A stretch of DNA of 64,000 bases. Origin: Epiperipatus broadwayi. Lineage: Eukaryota; Animalia; Onychophora. The first letter of the stretch is position 1, and every line of letters begins with the position of its first letter. This document shows positions 1 through 11,780 of the stretch, one piece after another. The stretch lies in contig JAQFVV010000002.1 of the NCBI GenBank assembly GCA_028023455.1, positions 10,912,001-10,976,000 on the forward strand. Direction: 5' to 3'. A program made the position numbers and the translations under genes. The notes below the pieces were generated by a model. The model saw nothing but the letters and a program-made list of their open reading frames with translations. It made no database searches and was not told where the DNA came from.

Positions 1-1560
1 ATGTATAGCAGTTACAGCACATTTATAAAAGGGTTCAAAATTCTGCTTTCTTTCTTCAAAAACTTGAACTAGAGCATTTATTTTTTCTTTTAAGTCCAAA
101 TTTAGTTCTGACAATTCTTGGAGAATATCAATAGTAGATCCAATAAAAAGACTGTAAATGTCCTTTTTTTAAAGTTATCATAAGTACATTTCTCATTTTT
201 ATTTTTTGTAGGCTCATTCATTGCTTCTTCAAAATGATGCACAAGAGATTCAAAATTATTCCACATAGCCAAAACTGAATGAAAACTAGATACTACCCAA
301 CTATTACTTAAAACTCTGCCAATTTTTAGCAGTTCAACCCCTAGTGATTCTGCACATTTATGTAACTCTATTATTTTTTCGCAATGCATGACGTAAAACA
401 AAGTTTATCAATAAATGATATGAATCTATTGATTTCTGAAATTTTCTTTTCAACATCATTTACTGATAATTGTAATCTATTATTAGCACAATGCCAAACT
501 ATAATGGAAGGAAAATTTTTTATCAGCAATTCTTTCACTCCAGTTTTACATCATAACATCACAGCAGTGATGTTGCGTGCTACCAAAATTAAATATTTTT
601 TAAAATAATCTTTTGTCATTTCATAAAATTTAAGACCTTGGAGTAAGGTTTCAAATATTCCTTTTTTTTCCATATGTCAAAGCATTGACTGGGAAGCGAA
701 CCCAGGCCAACTGCTTGGAAGGCAGCTATGCTAACTACTAGGCCACCAATGCTTGACCAAATATTTCTTTTGCAATTACATTTTCAAGTTTGAGCAAGTC
801 TAAAAGTAAATTAATCAGTGAATTCATTTCAACACTTTTGATACAGCATTGAACAAACACAATAATGGTGGGTTTTTTGCTTATGATAGCTGATTCACCA
901 GTTATCAGTGGAATTATATTTTGTGATTGAACAATTTCTTTAAATACATTTTTTCTCATTCCATCACTTGTACAATGCATGATATTAATGCATGAATTTG
1001 TTAAATGGAGAATACAACCCATTTCAATTCCATTCAATGATTGATTTTCCTTTGTTACTTTATATGCAGTTTGAAAAATTTTTGCTGGTATTACTTTTTT
1101 GTGAAATAATAATTTTTAAAAAAATGTTTTCAATCTAAAGAATTTTTAATGCTGTTTTGTGTGCAGCAGATTCTCTGTGATCGAAAATTGTTTTTTCAAT
1201 GTGAGCTCAATTGTAACTTCCTATCCTTCCCAGAATAGGTAATTTCATTGTTGACCCATTCTTTATAAATTTTCATTCCCTAGTCACTTCAGTTCCAAGA
1301 GTTCTAACATTTCTGCAAGGTGTGCAGCCAGGTTTCATTTTGTGTATGTTCACCCATTAATTTTTTAAGGAAAAATCTTTTTTTAAATCCAATGACCAGC
1401 AATCCAGCCAATCATTTTGAGTTTGGCATTGCACCTCAAGATTCACTTGAGATGTTTCAGGAACATCAACTTGAATCAATATTTCCTTATTTTCTATCAT
1501 CGTTTTAGACTTTTTATTAATGGGACTGATGGTTGAGAAGTAACTAGAAATGTTTTTCAT
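1..1560 (-). pseudogene. Decayed hAT-family transposase (KIAA1586-like), interrupted by stops, frameshifts and a SINE insertion
   Basis: Collinear minus-strand fragments: ORF 1357-1560 (MKNISSYF...DWLDCWSL), ORF 738-1037 (NGIEMGCILHLTNSCINIM...IIPLITGESAIISKKPTIIVFV) and ORF 102-401 (ELLKIGRVLSNSWVVSSFHSVLAMWNNFESL). These resemble KIAA1586-type hAT transposases as recalled from family knowledge; no search was run. Confidence 0.7.
662..757 (-). mobile_element. tRNA-Gly(TCC)-derived short SINE with A-tail, inserted into the hAT pseudogene
   Basis: Reverse complement of 681-752 (GCATTGGTGGCCTAGTAGTTAGCATAGCTGCCTTCCAAGCAGTTGGCCTGGGTTCGCTTCCCAGTCAATGCT) is close to animal tRNA-Gly-TCC. It is followed by TTGACATATG and an A-tail. 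TSD caaatatt(c/t)ctttt at 652-665 and 758-771; removing the insert restores the transposase reading AKEIF-ETLLQGL. Confidence 0.9.
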
Positions 1561-1959
1561 TTTTAAACTTGGGATAAACTCTTACACTAAAAAATAAATA
1601 AAATTAAAATAATAAGTCAAATTTCAGTAAACATAAAAACATTAAATATTGCTAAGCAGATTCCTACAATCACCAATGTCAGATGTTACTGACTTCATAC
1701 ATGTTGCTGTAATCAGTCATTGACCACTAGTGGCTAATAGGAAGATGGAAGAGTTCATTTCTCACTATATGAAAGCACCAATTCTGAATCCATCCATATT
1801 TCATCTGATTCATAAAACACATTTTTTTATTTGTTTAAATTATATAAATATGGAATATAAATATGTACTTGCAATGTCATTTCATTTAATTATGTTTGAA
1901 ACATTAAAAATACCCTTAAAACATGACAAAAAAGCCCTGTATATATATTAGAAGACTAT

Positions 1960-2260
1960 TTTTCAGGCTATCAATGCATAAATGGCCACTATCATGGGGC
2001 CTGATTAAAAGAAATGGCTCAACTGTTGGGGATAAATTCAACACATTATGGTTTTGTTGTGATATGCTAATGATACTGCAATCTGTATGGGCTTGAATAA
2101 TATGTATATATTTATTAAGATAAATGCTATGAAATATGAAAATAGGGTCATTTTGGAATGGGAGATAATGTTAAGGATAGATAAGAGTTTAGATTAAAAT
2201 CAGGGCCAGATAGACCAAAGAGTTTTAAAATTGATATAGGTATGAGTTCAGGCAAGTTTA
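1960..2260 (+). mobile_element. Highly decayed LINE (RTE-like) RT fragment
   Basis: tatgctaatgatactgcaatc reads YANDTAI, resembling the YADD motif. The rest is badly degraded. Confidence 0.3.
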
Positions 2261-2311
2261 AATATTTCTAGAGAAATTTGCATGTTTATGGTAACAGTTG
2301 ATGCACTAGAC

Positions 2312-2841
2312 CAGTGGTCTTCAACCTTTTCACACCTGCGGACTGGTAAAAATAAGGATAAGGTTTTGTGGACCGGCAGAAGTCTATAGATAAATTTTCT
2401 TAAAGATGTAAACTGCTTAGCTTTAGATGAGCATAATTGTTATAACTAATCAAAACAACAATGTGTATACAAGATGAAATTATATATATATGGAGTTTGT
2501 GATATATATGGAGTTTGTATAATAAAAAACTTTTTTTTTTTTTAATTTTGAAGTTTTTTAGAAAAGTAATAAAAAATTTAATTCTACCCCCCCCCCCCCC
2601 ATAAACATCTGTGATAACTAAAAAAACAAATTAATAGATGTATGATTGATTAGATTTTTTTTTCGTTCTGTTTCTTTTTTTTTAATTGGGTAAAAATGAG
2701 ATGAAAAAAATAAATAAAATTGTTTATATTAATTAAAAGTTTAAACTCTTATTATTTTGTTATTACAAACTTAACCTATGGCCTGGCAGAAAACTTCTGC
2801 GTCTCGGCACTGGTCTGCAGCCCGAGGGTTGAAGACCACTG
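2312..2841. mobile_element. hAT (Charlie-type) MITE, 530 bp
   Basis: Perfect 15-bp TIRs CAGTGGTCTTCAACC (2312-2326) and GGTTGAAGACCACTG (2827-2841). Perfect 8-bp TSD CACTAGAC at 2304-2311 and 2842-2849, close to the NTCTAGAN target preference of Charlie/Buster elements. Confidence 0.92.
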
Positions 2842-2979
2842 CACTAGACTATATATCAGTGAATTCATATAATAAATGGGATAATATTGTTTTGTCTTTT
2901 TTATATACCAAAAACCATGAAATATAAAAAGAAAAAAATAGAAATAAATATATACACAGATACATATATATTGTAATGA

Positions 2980-4560
2980 CATTTTTATCAAACCCCATCC
3001 AAAGATTGATAGTGAGTATACTGAAAGACTTTTATCATTTTTGAGATTATTGCTGATAATGTTGGCCAAACAATAGTAATATTTCCTGTTCATCATAATT
3101 CTTTCATGTATAATTCTACCATAAATATATCCATATAATTACATGTTAAGTAAATATTATTTAAAAGACCTGAATTATCTAGGAATTAGTAATTTATTTT
3201 AAGACTGATACTATTTAACTAAAACCGATGATGATGCCACTTCATTACTTCTTTGAAGAATGATCAGAAACCGAAGTTCAAATAATTATTCATTAGTTGG
3301 TAGTAATCCCATCACACCAAGCAAACTTAATAATGATATTAAACAGTTTATTTTATTTTTTGGTCCCTGATTGAATTGAGGAAATGAAAAAAATCAGAAT
3401 TAAAATATAAGCTAATGTTTCAAACTTAACAATACTTTATTTTAGACAATACAAAGAAATAAATGTGTCAACATTCTCATTTCACAATGAATTCTTTCAA
3501 AAATGTTTATATATATTTAAAAGATCATCAGTAAGGCAGATCATTGGGTAATTTATCTGTTTAATCATTTAATTTTTCTAAAAAGTTTTTAAATTGATGA
3601 TGTGTTTTGGCATTCATTCTGATTAAATTCACAATCTGCAAAACAATTTTCCATACATTTTTATATTTTAAGTGCTTTGCTATGAACTCATTGTGAATTA
3701 TGCAGTGAAGAGGTACAAAACATGGAATTTTAGGATCATTGTTTTAAAAGACCAATAAGACCTAGATTTTAGTTTTCCCTATCATAGCTGGGGTTCTGTC
3801 AGTGACAACACTTACAAGGTTATCATGAAGCAATTCAAACCTGTTCATTACTTCATCAAGCAAATTTTTGACATTGATACTGTGAGTTGTTTTGATAAGA
3901 GTTAGTAGGTCTAACATTTCTTCCTTCACATGGATGTCTGTAGATACATAACAGACAAAAAAGGCTTATTATGAAAAATCCTGAATGTCTTTAGACTCAT
4001 CCATAGCTAAAATGAATGATATATAACTTTTCAAATCACACATCAAACTATTTTCGATATTTTTACTAATTTTACTAATATGCTTTCAGTTGTATGGCAG
4101 CATGGCATAGGAACTTGTGTGATCAATTTATACAGTGTTATATTATCTGGATCAAAACTTTAACCACTCCTTTCAAATTATTTTTAGTAAATTCCTCTCC
4201 ATATGAACCGATTAGCACAAGCAATGTTTCAAACTATCAAAAACTATATTCTAGACCTCTATCATTTTTGTGATTAAAAGAAGACAAATGTCCTTGTTGC
4301 TTATGAAGACCTGATTGCAATGTCGTAAGTTTCTCTGTTTGCAATGTTGAATTTCGTGAATATTGATTTGCAAAATGGGGACGAGTTACTTCATAATGCT
4401 GACATAAATTTCTTACTTTGTAGTTTGAAATTATAACCTTACAAATGAGACATAACTTTCCATTATTGTTGATTAAAGCAAATTTTTCTACCCATTTTTT
4501 TTGAAGGCTTCTATTTTTTTTTTGCTAGTATTTTCATTTTTTATATTTTCTGAATTGACA
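2980..4560 (-). pseudogene. Decayed hAT transposase, GTF2IRD2/SPIN-like
   Basis: Minus-strand motifs in the expected order: ATG at 4560, BED-finger-like KLCLICKVIISNYKVRNLCQHYE, first catalytic Asp region FILAMDESKDIQDF, LVSVVTDRTPAMIGK, LHCIIHNE (CxxH) and C-terminal SLSIFG. Many stops and frameshifts. Confidence 0.8.
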
Positions 4561-5254
4561 TTAACAAAAAATTTAAGTAAATTTATTTCCAAAGTTTGTA
4601 ATTGAAACAAAATAAATTAATAAAATAAAAATATCTAAATATTAATTTTTATTTTAAAAGATTTATAAATGGCACAACAAATTGTCAAAGAAATAAAGCT
4701 TTTTCAAATAAAATAAGAATAAAAATAATTTAGAATATATTAAAAGCAATTTTGGGCTATATTTTTGGTTGATATTTTCCTGATAACTCATAAATGTCTG
4801 TTTTATTATTATTTACCACCAAAAATTGTAACAACGTAACTAAAATCAAGCAAATGTTTTCCAGTTTATTTTTCAGTTTTTTTTTTATATATAATTGTTT
4901 TTAAAAAATATGAAACTCTAAGTGTACTAATTACAAACAATTAAAATAATTTTCTTAACCAGTATGCATGTCTTTAGAATGCTTGCATTGATGCCATAGA
5001 AAAATTACACATAAATAAGTTTAAATTGCTTAATGAAATAGTCTATTTATCTGATTTTTTGAAAAGAAATAGGAAAACTATCACTGAAATATTACAACCA
5101 CAAAATTGTACAAATCATAATTATACACGTGATTACTCCATACATGTGTGTAATAATTTTTATAAGATTTGATAGATGTTGTTAACATACAGTTTGCCAG
5201 TATATTTGAGAATAGTATATATATATAAATATAAAATACAATACCCGTTATAAA

Positions 5255-6210
5255 ATATATATATATAAAAATAACAAAAAGTTAACAGTAAATATAATAT
5301 TATAGTCTAAATTATTTTGTAGCGCTTTCAATTACATGGTAATCCTCGTTAGCTTTAACTGAATTTCAAGTTTTAAACTTAATGCTACATATATTTCCAT
5401 AAGCTGTGTATGGCCATATTTGCAGTTTGTCTATTAATAATATTGTTCTTATATTTATCAATTAATATTACCTCTAATTTTCCTCTTTTTATGATTTTTG
5501 TCTTCCATTAATATTTTTATTACCTTACTATCAAATGTAAACTTATAATTACAAGTTTTTTCATGGTCAAAAAATACTGAAGCTGTATTAAATTGACTAT
5601 TTTTGTTATTTTTAATTCGATTATATAATAATTGATGCTCCTTCAATCTTTTTTCCACAGAACACCTCGATTCACCAATATAAAATTTTTGACACCCACA
5701 TGAAATTTGATCAATTAGATTACTTCTTTGTAATTTAGGAATTATAGTTTAGAATTATTAATCAATCTATTAACATTTGGAGGAACACAAAATGAAATAT
5801 TATACTTTTTTTAAAATATATTCTTAATTAATTTATATTGCATGTTATTTACAAACGGTATAGATATCCATTTTTTATTATCTAAAGTAACACTGCAAAC
5901 ACTTTTCTTATTATTAAATGAATTTACTGTATGCGAGATTTGGTTTTTATCATAACCTACCTTTAAAAGTTCATTAGCAAAGAGTTCAATATTTAAAATT
6001 TTATCACTCTTATATTTACATTGTTTATCATTGTGATGCAAAAATGATTTCAGACTTGCCATTTTATGTATCATTGGAACACGTGATTTAAAATGAATAT
6101 ATCCTCTTTCTCCAATAGGTTTAAAAATTAATTTACAATTTAAATCAGCAGCATCTCTAAATATTTGTAAATCTAAAAATTTTATTTTTTCGTTTTGTTT
6201 AATCTCACTC
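5255..6210 (-). mobile_element. Penelope-like element family A, minus-strand 5'-truncated copy (RT thumb, GIY-YIG, 3' pLTR)
   Basis: The part of ORF 5811-6305 left of 6210 encodes a PLE thumb (IKFLDLQIFRD...FKPIGERGYIHFKSRVPMIHKMASLKSF). ORF 5458-5658 encodes the distal GIY-YIG region. The copy ends in a TA microsatellite. Confidence 0.88.
5319..5353 (-). ncRNA. Degenerate minimal hammerhead ribozyme motif in PLE-A 3' end (left copy)
   Basis: Reverse complement reads g CTAACGA G GATTAC CAT GTAATT GAAA GCGC TA c. Stem II and the palindromic helix III (AGCGCT) are present; the core carries G5A; helix I is only 1 bp. Confidence 0.55.
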
Positions 6211-6893
6211 TTGCATACAATAAATTCATTTAATAATAAGAAAAGTGTTTGCAGTGTTACTTTAGATAATAAAAAATGGATATCTATACCATTTGTAAAT
6301 AACATGCAATATAAATTAATTAAGAATATATTTAAAGAAAAGTATAATATTTCATTTTGTGTTCCTCCAAATGTTAATAGATTGATTAATAATTCTAAGT
6401 GTATAATTCCTAAATTACAAAGAAGTAATATAATTTATCAAATTTCATGTGGGTGTCAGAAATTTTACATCGGTGAATTGAGATGTTCTGTGGAAAAAAG
6501 ATTGAAGGAACATCAATTATTATATAATCGAATTAAAAATAATGTAAATAGTCAATTTAATACAGCTTCAGTATTCTCTGACCATGAAAAAACTTGTAAT
6601 TATAAGTTTACATTTGATAGTAATGAAATAAAAATATTAATGGAAGAAAGAAATCATAAAAAGAGGAAATTAAATAGGCAATATTAATTGATAAATATAA
6701 GAACAATGTTATTAATAGGGAAACTGCAAATATGGCCATACACAGCTTATGAAAATATACAGCATTAAATTTAAAATTTGAAATTCAGTTAAAGCTGATG
6801 AGGATTACCACGTAATTGAAAGTGCTACAAAATAATTTAGACTATAATATTATATTTACCGTTAACCTTTTTGTTATTTCTTATATATATATA
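6211..6893 (+). mobile_element. Penelope-like element family A, plus-strand inverted partial copy (GIY-YIG and 3' pLTR)
   Basis: ORF 6211-6687 contains NIIYQISCGCQKFYIGELRCSVEKRLKEH (GIY-YIG). The segment is the reverse complement of about 5255-5934. Confidence 0.88.
6794..6828 (+). ncRNA. Minimal hammerhead ribozyme motif in PLE-A 3' end (right copy)
   Basis: g CTGATGA G GATTAC CAC GTAATT GAAA GTGC TA c. Core box 6795-6801, 6-bp stem II, GAAA at 6818-6821, CUA triplet at 6825-6827. Helix I is essentially absent. Confidence 0.6.
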
Positions 6894-6975
6894 ATGAAAT
6901 TTATTAATGACATTTTAATGACTGCTAAAAAGAAAAAAAGTTATTGATGCAAAGACATATTACAGTTTATATCCG

Positions 6976-8430
6976 TTGTCTGCAGTGTTTCCAAGAATCT
7001 TTGCAAATATAAAATTGCATAAAAATTGTTATCCATTAAGTGTAATTGTTGATTTTGGGGGTGTTTTATATTATAATGCTTGTAGATATATTGAAAAAAT
7101 AATGCAAGATGTGCTTGGATTTGGAGATTATATGATTTCATCATCATTTGATTTTATTAATAGGATTAAAAATATAAAAATTGATAATAATGATGTTATG
7201 TGTACACTTGACATATCTGAAATGTATAGTTCAATTAATCATATGGAATCAATAGAGATTATTGAAAGAGCTTTGTTTTTAAAATCTATAGATAATAATA
7301 TTAAGAATTTTATTATTAAAATATTAAGATTTGTAAATGATCATATATATGTTAGGTTTAATAATTGCTTTTATAAAATGAATTATGGTTGGCCAATGGG
7401 TCTTCCGGTGGTATCACAGATTTGTAATTTTTTTATTTCTAGTTATGAGGTTAAGATATTATCTCAGATAAAATATAAAGGAATTAAAGTATATTGTAGA
7501 TATGTCAATGATGTATTTATATGTGCACATAATGAAATAATAGTTAATTTGTTTAGTGAGTTAAATATGATTAATAATGTAAAATGGGTATTAAATGAAG
7601 AGAGGGAAGATTCTATAAAGTTTTTAGATATATTTATTAAAAGAAATAATAATGTGTTTGATTATAATATGATTTTAAAGCTTGTGGAAATTAGGGGTTA
7701 TATTCCATATAATTCTAAAGTTCATATGGGTCATAAATTAGCTGGTTTTAAGTCATTTTTGTTTAGAAATGATTATTTGTGCAAATTTATTAGTGATAAA
7801 ATTGAAAATATTAATGTATATGTTACTGATATGTTGAATGTTGGTTATGGAAGGAATATTATTTATAATACAATTACAAAATATAATCAAAATAAAAGTA
7901 ATAATAAGAAAATATTAAATAAATTAAAAAGTGATAAATGGATTTCTATTCCTTTTATATCTAATCAACAAGCTAAATTAATTAATAAACTTTATAGTGG
8001 TTTGTATAGAATTTCTTTTTTCTCTTCAAATAATATAAATGATATGATAAATAACTCTAAAACCAAGATTTCTAAGTTTGAATTAAGTTCTGTTATATAT
8101 ATGTTGGAATGTGGTTGTGGAATAAAATATATAGGAGAATCAAAATGTACATTACAAAAACGATATAATGATCATAAGACATTATATAAATGTGTACAGA
8201 AAGAAAATATATCTTTGGTAAATATGAATACTCCATCAATTATATTTGATCATAATTAAACATGTAATTATGGTTTTAAATTTAATAATAGAGATATAAA
8301 AATTATTCAAATTGAAAGGTGTAGTGAAAAACGTAAAATTAAAGAGGCAATGATGATATCTAGGAATAGAGGTGGTTTAATGAATAGACAATCGGCTAAT
8401 ATAAAGACAACAGAATTGTGGGAGATTTGA
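6976..8430 (+). pseudogene. Penelope-type reverse transcriptase plus GIY-YIG endonuclease, inactivated
   Basis: ORF 6976-8259 has PRIFANIKLHK, TLDISEMYSSI, GWPMGLPVV, YCRYVNDVF (YVDD with D->N), IKFLDIFIKR and VIYMLECGCGIKYIGESKCTLQKRYNDH. A premature TAA sits at 8257-8259; the frame then continues (TCNYGFKF...RKIKEAMMI...LWEI) to TGA at 8428-8430. Confidence 0.92.
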
Positions 8431-8483
8431 ATGGATTGAATGATGGGTAATGCAAGTTTTTATTATTTGTACATTTGTATTAA

Positions 8484-8526
8484 CAGTTGATAAAGATTGT
8501 CAGTGAAACAATTGAAAGTACTTCTG
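8484..8526 (+). ncRNA. Degenerate minimal hammerhead ribozyme in PLE-B 3' end
   Basis: CAG TTGATAA A GATTGT CAGTGAA ACAATT GAAA GTAC TT CTG. Helix I CAG/CTG, 6-bp helix II and palindromic helix III (AGTACT) are present; the core carries C3T and G8A. Confidence 0.65.
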
Positions 8527-8677
8527 GTAAAAAATATATTATTTTGAATACTGTGTTAAATATATTTGTTTGAATTATTATTATACGATTTAAAAATACA
8601 GACATTTAATGGTTATAGTTATATATATATAATGACATTAACTGTTTATACTTCTTCAATGCAGAAAGTAATAATTG

Positions 8678-8879
8678 TGATAAGTGTACTTATATGCAAC
8701 TGTAGAGAAGCTTGTTATTTCTATAAATTAAATATGATTTAGTACTTTCAAGAACTTATGGTATTCTCATATTCATAGCAATGAATATGAGAATGCCATA
8801 AGTTCTCAAAAGTGATAAACTGTATTTAATTTATAGAAATAACAAGCTTCTTTATAGTTGTATATAAGTGCACTTATCA
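8678..8879. repeat. 202-bp near-perfect palindrome (99-bp arms, 4-nt loop); foldback/MITE-like
   Basis: 8678-8776 is the reverse complement of 8781-8879 with no indels and scattered substitutions; the loop is AGCA. No clear TSD. Confidence 0.88.
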
Positions 8880-11738
8880 TATTTATTATTTACATTCATG
8901 ATGTAATTTGTAATAAAATAAATAATAAAAATGTTTGATAAAAATTTCTATCATATTACAAATTTTTGTGCAATTAAAAAAAAATCTAAAATAATAAAAA
9001 TTAAATCGGATTTCAATGGGAACTGCACTTAACTCAATGAAGAGCCACATTTGCCCATCATTGGAATATTCTCTTGTTGATATCATCTTACTGAAATTAG
9101 TTATTGTCTTTTGACAGTAAGTTTTTTTATTGTTTCGGGATTATTTTGTCCAGTGGTCAATTGTGCAGTTGATGTTTATGGTTTAAGGAGATTCAGTTTT
9201 ATGACATTTGTTAGAAATGTTTGTATGTCAGCTGGATTAATGATTTTTGCCAATTTTATTATGTGTGTATATATATATATATTAACTTCAAGAAAGTTTG
9301 AGTTTTATTTAAGAAAGTATTATACTTTTGTTACTTATAATTTAATAGTAAAGCATGTATTGTTCACATTTGATTCATTTACTGCGAGATATATTATTTG
9401 TGTGAATTATTTTTTCCACTAGCTATCTTCAAATTGAGAATTTAGTTGAATTAATTGTGCATTTAAGTTATTGATAGCTTCCATATAGTGACATATGCCA
9501 ATTGTTTTCTTCTATATGTTGATTTTGAGGATTAGATATGGATGTTTTAGAACATTGATATGTTTTGTGATTTCTAAAGCCATAATTTTGTTATTTTCTG
9601 ATCAATTTTTAATGAAATGTTTTCATGCTTTGCAAACAAACACTGTAAGTGATGCATTGGAATGTAATGATAAGTTAAAACATCTCTGTAGCATACAGAA
9701 TTTATTTAAAGGATAAATTTCTTTATACAGAATGAAAGTAAATAAGGCTATGTCGTTTAATACAAGTACTGTTTTTTTGTGTGTGCAAAGATATTGTAAT
9801 TGTATTAATTAGCCATACTTTTTCATGAGAGAGATCAAAGTAGTAAAGAAGAAATCTGTGTAATAACGTTTAATTTAGCCAGCCAAAATTGATTTGTAAA
9901 TCCTTAGCACAAATGATATTTTTATTTAAAAAGTGAATATTATTTTTAAAAATATTCTTCTTATATTAATATGGAATTTTAAAATTATGTATCTTTTGTG
10001 TGATTGGTCTAAAATTTTATATATCATGTGCTATAATTTCATAACATTCAGGAGCAGATAAAATTCTCTGCAGGGAATTTTATAAGTATATTTACATTTG
10101 TTATTGTTAAAACCAGAGATTCTTTATTATAGAATTTTGGGAAAGATTTTTGAACTGTTAGAAGAATTGTTGCTTTTGAATTTTGAACATATTTCTGAAT
10201 ATTCTTCAAATATAATATTTGTTAGTTCTTCATTATTTAAACAGCAAAAAACTCTCCATACAGTATTGCTACTCAATGCAAGCCAGAGTAATCAATGGAT
10301 GCCAGAAAGCTTGTGCATAAAACCCCCACCTAGTGCCTACTCATCCACTGTATGGAGAGTTTTTACCTGTTTTAATAACAGTTATAAGCAAGCATAAGTA
10401 ATGGTGATCATGTGATTTTTCTTCATTATTTAAAAGTATCGTTTATTTCTTCTAGTGCTAAATTAGAAACTTTCCTGTGTTATTTTTAAAAACAGGTGCA
10501 TAACTGTTGAAGGTATTGATTGTTTCATGTCTTTATTGTTTCAATAATTACCAAAGTAGACATGTTTTTATAAGTACATGTAATAGTAAGATTATTTTTT
10601 GTATTTGGCCATTATTTGAGGATTTATGAGATGAATTATATGTTACTCCCCTCACATTTTTTTTTTTTTAAAAGTACAATTTGATTTATTAACTTCCAGC
10701 AAAGAAGCTTGCTCCAAATTTAAAGTATATTGACGAGATATTTTCATAAATATTTAAGTAAAATTGTAAACATTTAAGGTAATTCATAATTACACTTTAA
10801 AAGAGCTAATCCTGTTGATAAATCTGGTCTATTTTTGAAAATGTTTTGAAGTAAAACAGTATTAAAATTATGCATCATAAGAGAATCCAAACTGCAGTCA
10901 GATTATCAGTATTGTTTTACAAATCCAATATTGTGCTATTTTTTTATATACTAATAAATAAAATGATTGGAAAATGACTACTTTTATATAGAAATTTCAG
11001 CCAACTGCCACATAAAGATAAATGTCACCTTTAGATAAATGCTACTTTGCCATATTCCCCAATCAAATTAAATAATTTTATTTTTTTTAAAAATAACTTT
11101 ATTCATTTTTAACAAACATTTTATTTTAATATAAATGATTACAGACATAAAAAAAAAATAGATCCATATATATTTACAAAATATTGAAGTTCTGAAAACA
11201 ATGGTGTAAATATATATTTTAATAAATTTAAAGTAAAGTGTTATATATTATTTACATTAAATAACAAATTATATTTATAAACAAGCAATATCACATTTTA
11301 CTTTTACACTCCTTCAATGTCCCACATATCAGCTACAAATTCGCAATATATTTCAATCAATATACCATCTATGATTATGCACATAACATCTTAAGCCAAG
11401 ATTTATCATACATACATACAATTACAGAATATGCAGTGTGTGCATGAATAATGTGGAATATTTTGATGATTGTACAAATATATTCTTAACAAAGCAGAAG
11501 AATTATATGTATATAATATTAATTTATTTTATTGCATACAGTAACATTGAATCAGTCAACTTTGATTAATATTTTGAAATATGATTTTTTTCTACAGTAC
11601 AGGCTTTTTTATACCTGCTCTTCTATATATAATATATAGTGGGTTTGAACTCAGACTTTTACATGACCCTCAACCATCTATGCTATCTCATATTGCTGAT
11701 ACACTTGATCACACACATGTCAAAAAGATAAATAATCA

Positions 11739-11780
11739 CCAATATATGTATTTTGTGCTAAACCAGCAATCGTCAGTTGG
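11739..11780 (-). ncRNA. Minimal type I hammerhead ribozyme, mutated copy
   Basis: Reverse complement: CCAA CTGACGA TTGCTG GTT TAGCAC AAAA TACATA TA TTGG. Carries G12A (CpG decay) and a change at position 10.1. Confidence 0.75.

Larger units (their letters stand above)
6915..8629 (+). mobile_element. Penelope-like element family B, 5'-truncated
   Basis: Contains the RT-GIY-YIG ORF and a 3' HHR motif and ends in (TA)n. A possible 10-bp TSD taatgacatt lies at 6905-6914 and 8630-8639. Confidence 0.9.

Noticed and set aside
681-752. Functional tRNA-Gly gene
   Set aside because: It has substitutions in the D and T arms, an A-tail and a TSD, and it is inserted in a transposase fossil. It is a SINE copy, as are 34.5 kb and 48.5 kb.
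5811-6305. 164-aa ORF as a novel protein
   Set aside because: It is chimeric across the inversion junction: the first about 31 codons are antisense sequence of the right arm, and the rest is the Penelope RT thumb.
10058-10083. 26-bp palindrome ATAAAATTCTCTGCAGGGAATTTTAT
   Set aside because: It is short, AT-rich and single, which is plausible by chance in this composition.
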